Of a stretch of DNA of 64,000 bases, positions 14,159 to 26,182 are shown piece after piece. The notes beneath the pieces are model-generated. The model was not told the DNA's origin. It did not search any database and saw only the letters and a list, made by a program, of their open reading frames with translations. Position 1 is the first letter of the stretch; each line of letters opens with the position of its first letter. The DNA comes from Octopus bimaculoides (lineage: Eukaryota): assembly GCF_001194135.2 (NCBI RefSeq), contig NC_069003.1:17443973-17507972 (forward strand). The letters run 5' to 3'. Position numbers and translations under genes: made by a program.

Positions 14159-14687
14159 CTGTAATATGTAAAGATGAATAAAGTAATAATATACATCCTC
14201 TTCAACTTTTATCTTTTAATCATCAGACTATGGCAATGCTGGGGCACAATGCTGAAGTATTTTTACTTGAATGCATTCACTCTAGTACTAATTTTTTTAA
14301 AGCGTAGTACTCATTCTATTGGTCTCTTTTACTGAAGTTACAGGTGTGTAAACATATCTGCACTGGTTATCAAGCAGTGGTGGTGGAACAAAGACACACA
14401 CACATTTATATATACATAGGTATAAGTTAGGATTGTTTAAACATTCAAGGGATAGGCTAGAAGTGTTTAATCAACCAGGGGATAATTAAATCCGAAGGCA
14501 CTCCTGGAGATTGCTTGTGTGGGTATCGTTTTTTTTAGAAGGTATCCAGAGGCAGGTAATTTATCGTGTAAACTGCAGTTTATAAGTATAATCATGTAGA
14601 GAATGGAGAAACAAACACAGAAAGAAGCAGGTCGATTGCGCTAGTTAGCCATTAATTTAATCAATTATGTGGAGATTATGTAATGTT

Positions 14688-14741
14688 ACATTTACGATCC
14701 TTTCGATTTGCCAATTTGATTGGCAGATCTCTTCAGAATGT
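14688..14741 (-). ncRNA. Minimal type I hammerhead ribozyme with one substitution at position 15.2
   Basis: Minus strand reads acatt-CTGAAGA-gatctgccaat/caa/attggcaaatc-GAAA-g-gatc-G-TA-aatgt. G replaces the expected C at 14700. Confidence 0.75.
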
Positions 14742-15493
14742 TGAGAAGTTTGTTTAAGTGCATGGTGTGAGAGATGCAGGAATAGAAGATAGGGGATATA
14801 CTAATGTAAAGGATGCATATAGTGGTATGAGAATAGAGGTAAGGTATAGTGAGTCTTACATTTTAGTCGAAATCAGGGTTAGTAATATTTCTGCAAAGGA
14901 GATGTAGGGCTATACTAGCAGTATAACCCGATGTTGTCCGGGTGTTTTTTATAACGCCATCTACGACAAGTCTTGCTAGGTGAAAATCAACTAAAAAAGA
15001 AAGCCTTACAACAAAAAAACCCTAATGATATAAATATGTTCATAATTCAAAAAAACGATGAAATTAATAGGGAAAGTCTGAAGGATGTTTTGCGTAACAT
15101 TATTAAGCGTACGTAAATTTCATCCGTCTAATTGGCTACAGAAATGCTTGTGCAAAACAACTTTTTGTGCTGCCTTGATTATACATAGCAGGATAATTCC
15201 TTTTCGCAGGAGCTAGGACGGCAATTTCTGATGAAGCAATTGCTGGCGATCTGTTGCTACACAGTTCTGCCAGAATTCTATCAGATTGGGCAGTAGATGT
15301 TGATGCACCATTTTGCATTATGTTCAAAATAGCTTCTGGAATGTGGTGAATTGCTGCAGTCTGTTGCTGTCTTTTTAAACCGGTTGCTTTCTTTCCCCAG
15401 CAAGCTCTCTTGTTTGGAGGCATAATCTATGTACATATTAAACAGAACAACAAAAGTTATAACAGATGGCAGGGTTCGTAGTTTTCACATTTC

Positions 15494-15655
15494 GGTAATT
15501 TTTCAGATTAACACCCGCACGATTACGTAACCGTAACCCTAAAACCATAACCGTAACACTAACCCTCATCGTAACCCTAACCCTAACCTTGACCCAAAAA
15601 CCGTAACCCTAACACCCTAGTGAAAATCGTGCGGGTGTTAATCTGAAAAATTACC
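15494..15655. mobile_element. MITE with 31-bp perfect TIRs, an 8-bp TSD and internal (TAACCC)-like repeats; Merlin-like
   Basis: TIR GGTAATTTTTCAGATTAACACCCGCACGATT at 15494-15524, inverted at 15625-15655. CACATTTC is duplicated on both flanks. Confidence 0.85.
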
Positions 15656-16279
15656 CACATTTCTAATGAAGTTCACTGATTTGCAATGTGTTGTCTATAA
15701 GCTCCGTTGTTTGTATATTTACAAAACATTGACGAACATGAGTTATCTTGTAGTGAATGCTTGTGTGTACGTGCGCGTGTATGCGTTTGAGAGAGCGAGA
15801 GAAAGAAAAGGGGAGAAAGGAATAGAGAACGGGAGCAATGAAGAAAGAGGAAGGGAGAACGGAAGACAGTTATAAAATAGCAATGCGTGCGCATGTTTAT
15901 ATAAGTAACACACAGAAACTAAATCTTATATCTATAATGTTGATGTGTGTATGTGTTTATGTGTATGTTGTTGTCACAGATCACGTATGTGCGGTTGTGT
16001 GTGTTTTTACGTTTCTATGTTATGAAAAATATGTTAGAGGTAGAGGGATACAAGAAAACTATTAAATGGGAGAGAGGAAGAAGAACGAAGTAAGAGTGAA
16101 AAGGTAGAAGGAAAGAATAGTCTATGACTTTGTATGTATCACTTTCTCTCTCTCTCTCTCCTTCCCTCTTTTACTCTTACTCTGTATATTATATGTTGAG
16201 CGCGTGATCGATGTGTAAGAACGCCAATACAGGTAGAAGGGAAGAACTATAAAAGTTGCTAGAAACAACAGCCAAATCT

Positions 16280-16379
16280 NNNNNNNNNNNNNNNNNNNNN
16301 NNNNNNNNNNNNNNNNNNNNNNNNNNNNNNNNNNNNNNNNNNNNNNNNNNNNNNNNNNNNNNNNNNNNNNNNNNNNNNN
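16280..16379. other. Assembly gap; other gaps at 17152-17525, 20240-21024, 24581-24592, 34693-34889 and about 46385-46411
   Basis: Runs of N. Most are flanked by young RTE sequence or simple repeats. Confidence 0.99.
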
Positions 16380-16808
16380 TGATCTAACAGCTTGATGCCT
16401 CTGTAATTATTTGTATATATATATATATACATATATATATATTATACATACCTACATGTATCATTATTTAACATTCATTTTGCCATATTTGCAAGGATCA
16501 GACAGAATTAGTTGAGGCAGATTTTCTAGTCAGATGTCCTTTCTGTCCCTAATCCAGGTACGGTAATATTTCCCCATGGCCAGATATGTTTTTCACAGAA
16601 AACTAGAAGTGAACGACATTATTTATTTGACAGTGATGCTCATTTACAACCAACATATGATTTCAACACAGCACATGGGCATCAACATCATCATTAAATG
16701 TCTTTTTCCGTACTGGCATGAGTTTGACAGGACCCAGCAAGCCACAGCGTCAGCTTTGGCACAGTTTCTACAGCTGAACACTCTTCCTAATGCCATATAT
16801 ATAAATAC

Positions 16809-17735
16809 ATCTCATTCCAGGGTGAAAAACTAGAGGTAGTCGATAGCTTCCGCTATCTGGGCGACCAAGTTAGTAGTGGGGGTGGGTGCGCTGAAAGTGT
16901 AGCTGCTAGAATAAGAATAGCCTGGGCAAAGTTTAGAGAGCTCTTACCCCTGCTGGCGACAAAGGGACTCTCACTCAGAGTAAAAGGCAGACTGTATGAT
17001 GCATGCGTACGAACAGCCATGCTACATGGCAGTGAAACATGGGCTGTAACTGCTGAGGACATACGTAAGCTCGCAAGGAATGAAGCCAGTATGCTCCGTT
17101 GGATGTGTAATGTCAATGTGAATACCGTCAGAGTGTAAGTATCTTGAGAGANNNNNNNNNNNNNNNNNNNNNNNNNNNNNNNNNNNNNNNNNNNNNNNNN
17201 NNNNNNNNNNNNNNNNNNNNNNNNNNNNNNNNNNNNNNNNNNNNNNNNNNNNNNNNNNNNNNNNNNNNNNNNNNNNNNNNNNNNNNNNNNNNNNNNNNNN
17301 NNNNNNNNNNNNNNNNNNNNNNNNNNNNNNNNNNNNNNNNNNNNNNNNNNNNNNNNNNNNNNNNNNNNNNNNNNNNNNNNNNNNNNNNNNNNNNNNNNNN
17401 NNNNNNNNNNNNNNNNNNNNNNNNNNNNNNNNNNNNNNNNNNNNNNNNNNNNNNNNNNNNNNNNNNNNNNNNNNNNNNNNNNNNNNNNNNNNNNNNNNNN
17501 NNNNNNNNNNNNNNNNNNNNNNNNNACCATTTCGAGCGTGGCCGTTTTCGTGCGGGTGACACGTAAAAGCACCCACTACACTCTCTGAGTGGTTGGCGTT
17601 AGGAAGGGCATCCAGCTGTAGAAACTCTGCCAAATTAGATTGGAGCCTGGTGTTGCCATCCGGTTTCACCAGTCCTCAGTCAAATTGTCCAACCCATGCT
17701 AGCATGGAAAGCGGACGTTAAACGATGATGATGAT
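16809..17735 (+). mobile_element. Young 5'-truncated RTE LINE with (GAT)n tail (contains an N gap)
   Basis: RT C-terminal peptides (KGRLYDACVRTAMLHGSETW). The tail ends GTTAAACGATGATGAT, and CpGs are retained. Confidence 0.85.
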
Positions 17736-18494
17736 GATACATGAAGGGATTTTTTTCAGTTTTTATGCATCAAATTCGCTCACAAGGCTTTGGTTGGCCA
17801 GGGGCTATAGAAGAAGAAACTTGCTAAAGCTACCATGCAGTGGGACCGAACCCAAAACCACATGCTTGCAAAGTGAACTTCTTGACAACATAGCCAATTT
17901 AAACCAGTTTCTTTTTCCATATGCTGACATAGGCTGAACAGATAATTATTTTCGGCAGTAGTTTTTAAAGTCAACCCATCCCCGTTTTACAAGAAATGGA
18001 AGGTTTTATTCCACTACTTCAAGAGTGTGGTGCTATGGAATGTAATATCCACCAGGAATATAAAAACAATGACACTAGTTTTCTGGTTCAGATGATCTCA
18101 GGCAAGACACAGAAAGGACAATTTTCACACACACACACACACAAATACATCATTACTTTTTTACTTGTCCTTTTTCCATGCTGGTCGAGCTGGACAGGTC
18201 ATCACAGTTCGTGTTGACTCCCATTGGGAGCTTTTCCTACCAAAGACTAGGTTCTTGTGTGCAATTCAGCTTGGTTGCCATGGTTAGATGCCCTTCTTGA
18301 TGCCAACAGTGTAATCAGTAGGGAGTAAAGATATGTGCTTTGTACACAGTGAATGTAAATTTGGAAAGGGAATAATGATACAAAGATAATAAATGGTTGT
18401 TATTAGAAAGGTGGGGATATGAAAGTAAAGTAGGAATGGAGAATACTCAAAAAATTAGGGGTGGGGTATATTTGCATAGGTAACTGAGGAGGGG

Positions 18495-18534
<40 letters not shown>

Positions 18535-18808
18535 AAGAAATAATAATGACATCAGAACAGACCAGAATGGATGGGAGGAACACATGTACACAACATGCTT
18601 TCATTCAGTTTTGATCTTACAAATTTCATTTGCAAGGCATTGGTCAGCCTAAGGCAATAATAAAAGACACTTACCTAAAGTGTCATTATACTTTAGAAAT
18701 TGCAGGCATACACTGGGATGGTCATAGCTGGAATACCTTTAATCACAGGTTTGTTAGAAACAACAACAGTAACACTGTAAATGTGGTTACCACCACTAAT
18801 TAACTTAC

Positions 18809-18950
18809 CATCCGTTTATGAGCAGAGTGAGTTGAGATCAGAGTTTCCTGGGCATTAATTAAGGCCTCGTCAAACACTTGTAACAGCTGAACTGGTTTAT
18901 AAAGGAGGACCTCACAGATAGCGATGTCTGTTTCAAATAGTGTCAAAGTG
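18809..18950 (-). CDS. MCM9: MCM9 coding exon 3 (DTLTLFETDIAICEVLLYKPVQLLQVFDEALINAQETLISTHSAHKRM)
   Basis: tttacag acceptor and GTAAGT donor, 142 nt, phases 2/0. Matches the MCM9 'TLFET...FDSAL' segment. Confidence 0.93.
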
Positions 18951-20009
18951 CTGTAAAGAAAGAGATCTGTTTATATATATGTATAATTTAAATAGAGAAT
19001 ATAAACATAGTGCAGAGAAGTTATCCTCGATTGGGGATATTCTTCATTTCTATATATTCTTACATCTATCTATCCGATGATAGAATACTTAGCATATATA
19101 ATCCTTACTCATGCTTGGCAATTCTAGAAACAGCCATAAGAGTCTTTATCATTTTTATCATAACTACTCTGCACTATGGTTTATATTCTCTATTTAAATC
19201 AAATGTTTTTTTGGGTGATGCCAAATGTTTTGATTTATCATAGCCTTGACAATATTTATGACCATACCCAACTATAAACTATCAACTCACTCTGTCTATC
19301 CATTCTAAACAGACACTGCCCTCTAGCCTTAGATTTGGTAGTTGATAAAAAAAGACTAATTAAATTAAAAGTGAACCACAATCATTTACAAGTTATGATC
19401 CTAACAAACTCCATGCAGTTCTTAGAAGTGTAATATATTCTGAGTCACAGCAGCAACATGGACTTTCTCCCTCTTCTTGCTCTATTAGAGAATTTGAGTA
19501 AAATTATATTAATGTGTCCAATTGATTAAAAAATTCTATTTATTTATGCAGCTGAAGATAGCCCTGCATTTAAATTGATGTAATGATTGCATTGTTCAAT
19601 AAAATGGAGGAGCTTGAAACGGTTGTAGTGCATTGCCTCTTGATATCCTGTTGCTTATCTTTATTTTATTCACCTCACCTTGAGTTGTATGGATAATACC
19701 ACACTAAATTGGTGCTTCAACTTAAGTACCTAATTCAACTGAATCTCAATTATTTCTTTAGAATAAGATGGAGGAAACTCAGAGAGCTATTACTTCTGTT
19801 GGCTACAAAAGGTTTCTCTCTCTGAGTGAAAGGAAGATTGTATGATTCTTGTATACAGACAGCAATTCTAAATGGTAGTGATATATGGGTAGTGAATGCA
19901 GAGGATATGCAAAGACTAGAAAGGAATGAGGCTAGTATGCTCCACTGGATGTGTAATGTAAGTGCACATGTTCAACAGAGTGCTAGTGTTTTGAGAGAGA
20001 AGTTAGGTC

Positions 20010-21325
20010 ATCATCATCATCATCATCGTTTAACGTCCGCTTTCCATGCTAGCATGGGTTGGACGATTTGACTGAGGACTGGTGAAACCGGATGGCAACA
20101 CCAGGCTCCAGTCTGATTTGGCAGAGTTTCTACAGCTGGATGCCCTTCCTAACGCCAACCACTCAGAGAGTGTAGTGGGTGCTTTTACGTGTCACCCGCA
20201 CGAAAACGGCCACGCTCGAAATGGTGTCTTTTATGTGCCNNNNNNNNNNNNNNNNNNNNNNNNNNNNNNNNNNNNNNNNNNNNNNNNNNNNNNNNNNNNN
20301 NNNNNNNNNNNNNNNNNNNNNNNNNNNNNNNNNNNNNNNNNNNNNNNNNNNNNNNNNNNNNNNNNNNNNNNNNNNNNNNNNNNNNNNNNNNNNNNNNNNN
20401 NNNNNNNNNNNNNNNNNNNNNNNNNNNNNNNNNNNNNNNNNNNNNNNNNNNNNNNNNNNNNNNNNNNNNNNNNNNNNNNNNNNNNNNNNNNNNNNNNNNN
20501 NNNNNNNNNNNNNNNNNNNNNNNNNNNNNNNNNNNNNNNNNNNNNNNNNNNNNNNNNNNNNNNNNNNNNNNNNNNNNNNNNNNNNNNNNNNNNNNNNNNN
20601 NNNNNNNNNNNNNNNNNNNNNNNNNNNNNNNNNNNNNNNNNNNNNNNNNNNNNNNNNNNNNNNNNNNNNNNNNNNNNNNNNNNNNNNNNNNNNNNNNNNN
20701 NNNNNNNNNNNNNNNNNNNNNNNNNNNNNNNNNNNNNNNNNNNNNNNNNNNNNNNNNNNNNNNNNNNNNNNNNNNNNNNNNNNNNNNNNNNNNNNNNNNN
20801 NNNNNNNNNNNNNNNNNNNNNNNNNNNNNNNNNNNNNNNNNNNNNNNNNNNNNNNNNNNNNNNNNNNNNNNNNNNNNNNNNNNNNNNNNNNNNNNNNNNN
20901 NNNNNNNNNNNNNNNNNNNNNNNNNNNNNNNNNNNNNNNNNNNNNNNNNNNNNNNNNNNNNNNNNNNNNNNNNNNNNNNNNNNNNNNNNNNNNNNNNNNN
21001 NNNNNNNNNNNNNNNNNNNNNNNNGGTCGCCCAGATAGCGGAAGCTATCGACTACCTCTAGTTTTTCACCCTGGAATGAGATAGAAGTTGTTTCCTGTTT
21101 GTTTGCAGTCTTTATTGCACCTGAACATCTGCCACAAACAAAAACTAACTTGCTAGTTAACCTGCCTTTGATGTTGCTGCACCTCTTATGTGTCCATAGC
21201 TTGCACCGGGTACATCTTATAGAGTTACTACCTACTCCTTTTCTACATACTGAGCAGGGCCATCTACCTGAAGGGGTTTGTGTTTTATCTACCTTCCTAC
21301 TTATTAGGATTTTGGTTTTAGCTAG
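20010..21325 (-). mobile_element. Young RTE LINE, inverted relative to the 16809 copy (contains an N gap)
   Basis: 21025-21082 is the exact reverse complement of 16809-16866. The tail at 20010-20225 differs from the reverse complement of 17526-17735 at about 3 positions. Confidence 0.85.
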
Positions 21326-23475
21326 GTATAAGAGGAATTTGGTGCTGTGTGGAAGAGAGAAGACTGCACTAGTTTGGTCATGTGATGCAGATGGATGCCA
21401 ACAGCTCTATAAAGAAGTGCCGTTCTATCAAAGTAGAAGGAACACATGGAAGTGGGAGACCCAGGAAGACATGGGATGAAATACTAAAGAGTGACCTCAG
21501 AACGCTGTATCTTTCAGGCAAGATAACAAAGGATCGAGATGTCTGGCATCTTGCTGTACTCAAGAATACCCATATTCTGCAGAAGTGTTAAGACTAGTCC
21601 CTCTGGTAGTGAAAAGCACTCGTGATGGTACCACATAAAAGCACCCATGTGGTGCCACATAATACCTAGCACACTCTTGGAGTGGTTGGTGTTAGGAAGG
21701 GCATCCAGCTGTAGAAACCAGGCCAAAGCAGACTGGAGTCTGGTGCAGCTCCCCAGCTCTGGTCAAACCATTCAAACCATGCCAGCATGGATGATGATGA
21801 GATACAGTAATCCTTCACCATATTATGGTTCACTTATTGCTGTTTATTATTTAAGGTTACATTAATTCCTCTGTGGTGTTGTTTTGCATTTATAATAAAA
21901 TAAATACATACAAATTATAAAAATAATAAAAAAATATACAGTACAGTATTGTTTCTGCTTTGCGGATTTTCATCTATTGCAGAGGGTTTTGGAACATAAC
22001 ACCTGCAATTACTGTATAATATATAATTAGAAGAGAAAAAGGGATTAAATTATACATATATATATATATATATATACGAGCTTAAAAGCCACACTCTGTG
22101 CAGACTTTTAAGCTGGTTCCTGCAGAGGCTTAATTGGGCATGCAGGCCAAAACTAAAGAGAGCTAAACAGCACGACTACATGTCTATAATGACTAAATGC
22201 CCTGGTGGTGTTTGACCAGTGGTTAAGGACGAATGAGAGTTAATTCTGGAATGCAATCATTCTATTGTTCCAGTCCCATGTGGAAGTCCAACTGTTGGCC
22301 AATTTGTCCCAAAGTTCTTATCTCAACATAAAATTAACGAAGCAAATGTCATTTATCTACCCCTTGATCTCTGATAACATCTGACAAATGCCAACCAAGA
22401 TGGCATGAATCAGCCAAGCTTTACCTGCTAGAAATAGCAACCCAAAAGCTTTTAAATCAGATCCCAATGCTGGATGTTCAAGAACCAAATGAAGGTCATA
22501 TTTTCAATCCCGGGATCATCTTGATTCCAAAAAGGTGTAATATGTCTATGTAGAGCAAATGTACACCGAGATACAGGGTCCCAGATGGACAGACAATTTC
22601 ACTTTTATTATTATTTACACACACACAGACTTAGTGACTCCATATCTTTTACGACATACATTATACAATCTCTTAGTGACTAAAAGTCCTCCACCATCAT
22701 ACAACTAATACACATCATTCATTCTCTTAGAGGTTATATGTCCTCTACTATCACTGCCATACATCAGACTTGTCACTAACTCATACATGAAGCCACATGG
22801 TAATGTCTGAAGATTCATCATTTTGGTGGGGAAAGATACAACAGTGGTTTCTTGTTACTGTTTATTGGTTTATTTACAGTTCATTTGAGTCTAAATCATT
22901 TGAAACACAAGCCTGGGACTGTACCAAGTGGCTGTGTTCCATCACTTTGTAGTCGCTATAATGACTACATATCAACTAAATTCTCCAACAATTAACTACT
23001 GCAATATAACATCACATATTTTTATGTCAGTACTGTCTCAAGTCCTAGGCCTCATCGGGCCAGTTACCCAGTTTCCATGGTGTATAAGCATCCAAGATCA
23101 CAACATTCCTTTGGATGGGATATTAGTCTGTTGCAGGGTTACTCATTTGCAACTGGATTTATTGGAGTAATGTGGAGTGAAGCATTTTTACTCAAGAACA
23201 AAGTACACTACCCAGTTTGGAAACTGAAACTATGATATTGTATGCAACAACCTAACCATTAGGCCACATGTCTTCACATTCTTGACACATATTACAGACA
23301 CAATGCACAAATGAAGATCATCAGTAGTATTTTAAACAATTTCTATGAAATTCAGTATACAATTGTCAGATTTTAACATTTCATTATGTAGCTTTTTGCT
23401 TGTCTAAATCTACTATAACCCTAGACCAACCAATGCATTGTGAATACATTTGGCCAACAGAAATTGTGTGAAAGC

Positions 23476-23544
<69 letters not shown>

Positions 23545-23772
23545 TTTTATGTCAACTTGCATGTCTTTATATCTGTGTTTCTCAACCCCTACCACTTGAC
23601 AGTCAGTGTTATTCGTTTATGTTCCTGTAACTAAATGGTTGGACAAAAGAGACAGGTAGAATAAGTAATGGACTTAAAAAAAGCAAAAAAAACAAGTACT
23701 TAAAACATTTCAAGATGCTGCTCCAGAATAACTGCAGTTCAATGATTGAAACAAGTAAAAGATATAACTTAC

Positions 23773-23869
23773 TCTATCACAACAGAAAAATGTTGAGTCT
23801 CATCTTCTGTATATAATATAGACACCAAGTCGTCTTTATGGTTTTCCACGGCATAGAGAGACAGCGTCT
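23773..23869 (-). CDS. MCM9: MCM9 coding exon 2 (ETLSLYAVENHKDDLVSILYTEDETQHFSVVI)
   Basis: tttcag acceptor and GTAAGT donor, 97 nt, phases 1/2. Resembles the vertebrate MCM9 N-terminus (YVSEYHKNDILLIL...HYPVVV). Confidence 0.92.
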
Positions 23870-24687
23870 CTGAAAGTTTAAAGACAAAAGTATAGCAAGT
23901 CAATATTTCTGCAGTTCTTCCATGAAATATAATTGAAATGGTTAAACATTAATATGGCTTTGCCTACAGAGTTTTTTCCCCTGTCAAATGTTAAATGCAT
24001 TAAGTTACGCCTAAGTATTGAATTGAAGTTTTGCTGTATTTATTTTGCCTTTCACTTCTCTAACGTCAATAAAATACATAGAGTGAGAGAGGCATGGCAA
24101 GAAGTTCACTGCCCAACCACATGGTTCAGGTTTAGTCCCACTATAGCGATAAAGGCAAGTATTTTCTACTATTGCCCTGGGTTAACCAAAACTTTGTGAG
24201 TGGATTTGGTAGACGGAAACTGAGAGAAGCCCATAAGTGGAAGGAGATACAGAAAGTGGATAATTGGGACAGGAGAGTGTGAAAATGGTCAGTATGTGTG
24301 CGTAGACATAAAGTAGATTTGATCCTAGATAGCCAAATTTAAATTAACACTTCAAGAGCACTTTTCTCACAGTAAAACAATAGTTTTTCTGTGACAGCAG
24401 TTTATATTTGCCAGATGCCTTAGCTAAGCAAAATAATGTCTTTGTCACTTAACCCTTCTAACCTCTTACAAGCCACCAAAAGCTAGAATTAAGATAACAA
24501 GTACCACCAAAGAAATCCATTGTTCTGATCGATATGTCTATCCTTTTGGATAGTTATAAAAGCAAGAACCCCCCCCCCCCNNNNNNNNNNNNTTAGAGAG
24601 AGCGACCATCATTTAGTGAACGGACCACTAGAATCATGGCCACAAGCAGGCAGCCACTAAAGACAAATAGCCAGAGGGAAAAAGAAA

Positions 24688-25094
24688 GGCATTCCTTCGA
24701 TATAATTCGACAAACTCAACATTTGACTTCGGGTATTTCCGTGACAGTTGCTGAAATGGGAGGGGGAGAAGAAAGCTAATGGGTTGTGTGTGCGTGCTTG
24801 TTCTTGTCTGTGTGTTTGTGTGCGTGCTTGTTCCTATCTGTGTAAACTTCGATTCTGTTTGGAAATTTGCGGATTTTACATAGACACATGAAGCAGGTAA
24901 GAACAAATATGCGAGGCTTTTTTTTCTTCAAGTTTAAAATGAGATATTGTTGGCATAATTTCGTTATATCTATATTCCACAACACATAAATACATAAAAA
25001 CAGAACAGGCACACACACAGACAAGAACAAGCAACTGTCACGGAAATACCCGAAGTCAAATATTGAGTTTGTCGAGTTATATCGAAGGAATGCC
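24688..25094. mobile_element. 407-bp MITE with 65-bp TIRs and an 8-bp TSD (AAAAGAAA); GG termini, Merlin-like
   Basis: 24688-24752 is the inverse of 25030-25094 with 2 mismatches. AAAAGAAA occurs at 24680-24687 and 25095-25102. Confidence 0.85.
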
Positions 25095-25862
25095 AAAAGA
25101 AAGTTACCATCAGCGACTATGCGAGACAACTTCCCTCGACTCTTATTATCACGAGCTCAGCTCACTTTCTTCTCAGAGCTTTATCTCTATCTGTGGATTA
25201 CTACTAAGAGAACGTGTACACAAACTATACAAGGAAAATCTACATCTATCTTTACTTCGCATGCTTTTCTATTTACTAATTATACATACCAACCCGTCAT
25301 GGTTTTGGATTTTTTTACAGTGTAACGGTAAATAAATATTTTCTTCACAACTTCAATCACTGTTCTTTTATCTTTACATAATGGCAATCAACGAAGAACC
25401 AATCCTTACAAACTGAATACGACTCCGATGTTCCATACTATTGTTTACAAATTAAATTCCAACTGTTGCAAAAAAATAAACAAACTATTACATGTGTGTT
25501 TATGTTGGTCATCTGTGTGTATGTGTGGGGTAGGATCTGTGTACATGTGCTAGTGTTTGTGTTGACGTGGCTGTGAGAGGTCAACAGCAGCCGTGAAAGG
25601 TGTGAACGGGTGGGTGTGGCTGTTTGCATGTGTGTGTAGACAGAATGGAGAAGTGTGTGTGTGTACGTGCATATGGGTGCGTGTCTCTCACTCTGTATCA
25701 CTTTTTCTCTCTCTCTAGATATGTGTGTGCCTGTGGGTATGTATATCTCTGTGCATGTATGTGTAAGGGCGGATGCGTGTGTGCGCGCGCGCGGATTTGG
25801 GTTTATGTATGTGTGTATGCAGGTGTGATGGGGTGTCTGTATCTATGAGAATGTGTGCATGC

Positions 25863-26026
25863 GGCGAAAGTAAATACGTACACCCGGTGTTTAGGGTTAA
25901 GAGTTAGGGTTTTTGCTACGCCGAAAACGGGTGGTGAACGTATTCCTTACCTCCGCCCAAATTAACAACAATAAAAATTTAAAACACAACCCAAAACACT
26001 GGGTGTACGTATTCTTTACTTTCGCC
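25863..26026. mobile_element. GG-terminated MITE-like element with TTAGGG copies and an extra internal TIR
   Basis: The TIR GGCGAAAGTAAA(GAA)TACGTACACCC is present at both ends, with a third partial copy ending at 25957. No TSD is recognisable. Confidence 0.65.
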
Positions 26027-26139
26027 TACTCCCACCCTACCAAATAAATGGCCTTGTGCAAATAAGCCATTTATTTTTCAGATAGTATGAATGTTATCAC
26101 AACATTTCCAATAAATTTTATAAAGAAATTATTAATTAC

Positions 26140-26182
26140 CTTTCAACTGTGTCCGGTCAAACTGAGCCACTTCGTCAGCCAT
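26140..26182 (-). CDS. MCM9: MCM9 coding exon 1 (MADEVAQFDRTQLK+G)
   Basis: ATG, 14 codons plus 1 nt, then a GTAATT donor. Phase 1 joins exon 2 in frame. The peptide is weakly conserved, so the assignment rests on phase and position. Confidence 0.8.

Noticed and set aside
20082-21084. Long ORFs in the track (also 16853-17669, 34659-35021, 45834-46622)
   Set aside because: They are open only because they cross N gaps. The real parts are RTE or repeat-tail sequence.
22190-22260. tRNA-like GGTGGTGTTTGACCAGTGGTTAAGG
   Set aside because: It is only A-box-like, with no cloverleaf or T-loop. At most it is a SINE head remnant.
23476-23545. (AT)n and (CT)n tracts and the IYIYIY-type ORFs they create (also near 27.5, 44.0, 47.7, 53.3 and 57.4 kb)
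   Set aside because: These are ordinary microsatellites.
26140-26182. MADEVAQFDRTQLK resembles a beta-thymosin/WH2 start
   Set aside because: It splices in phase into clear MCM9 exons, and no LKKTET-type continuation follows.
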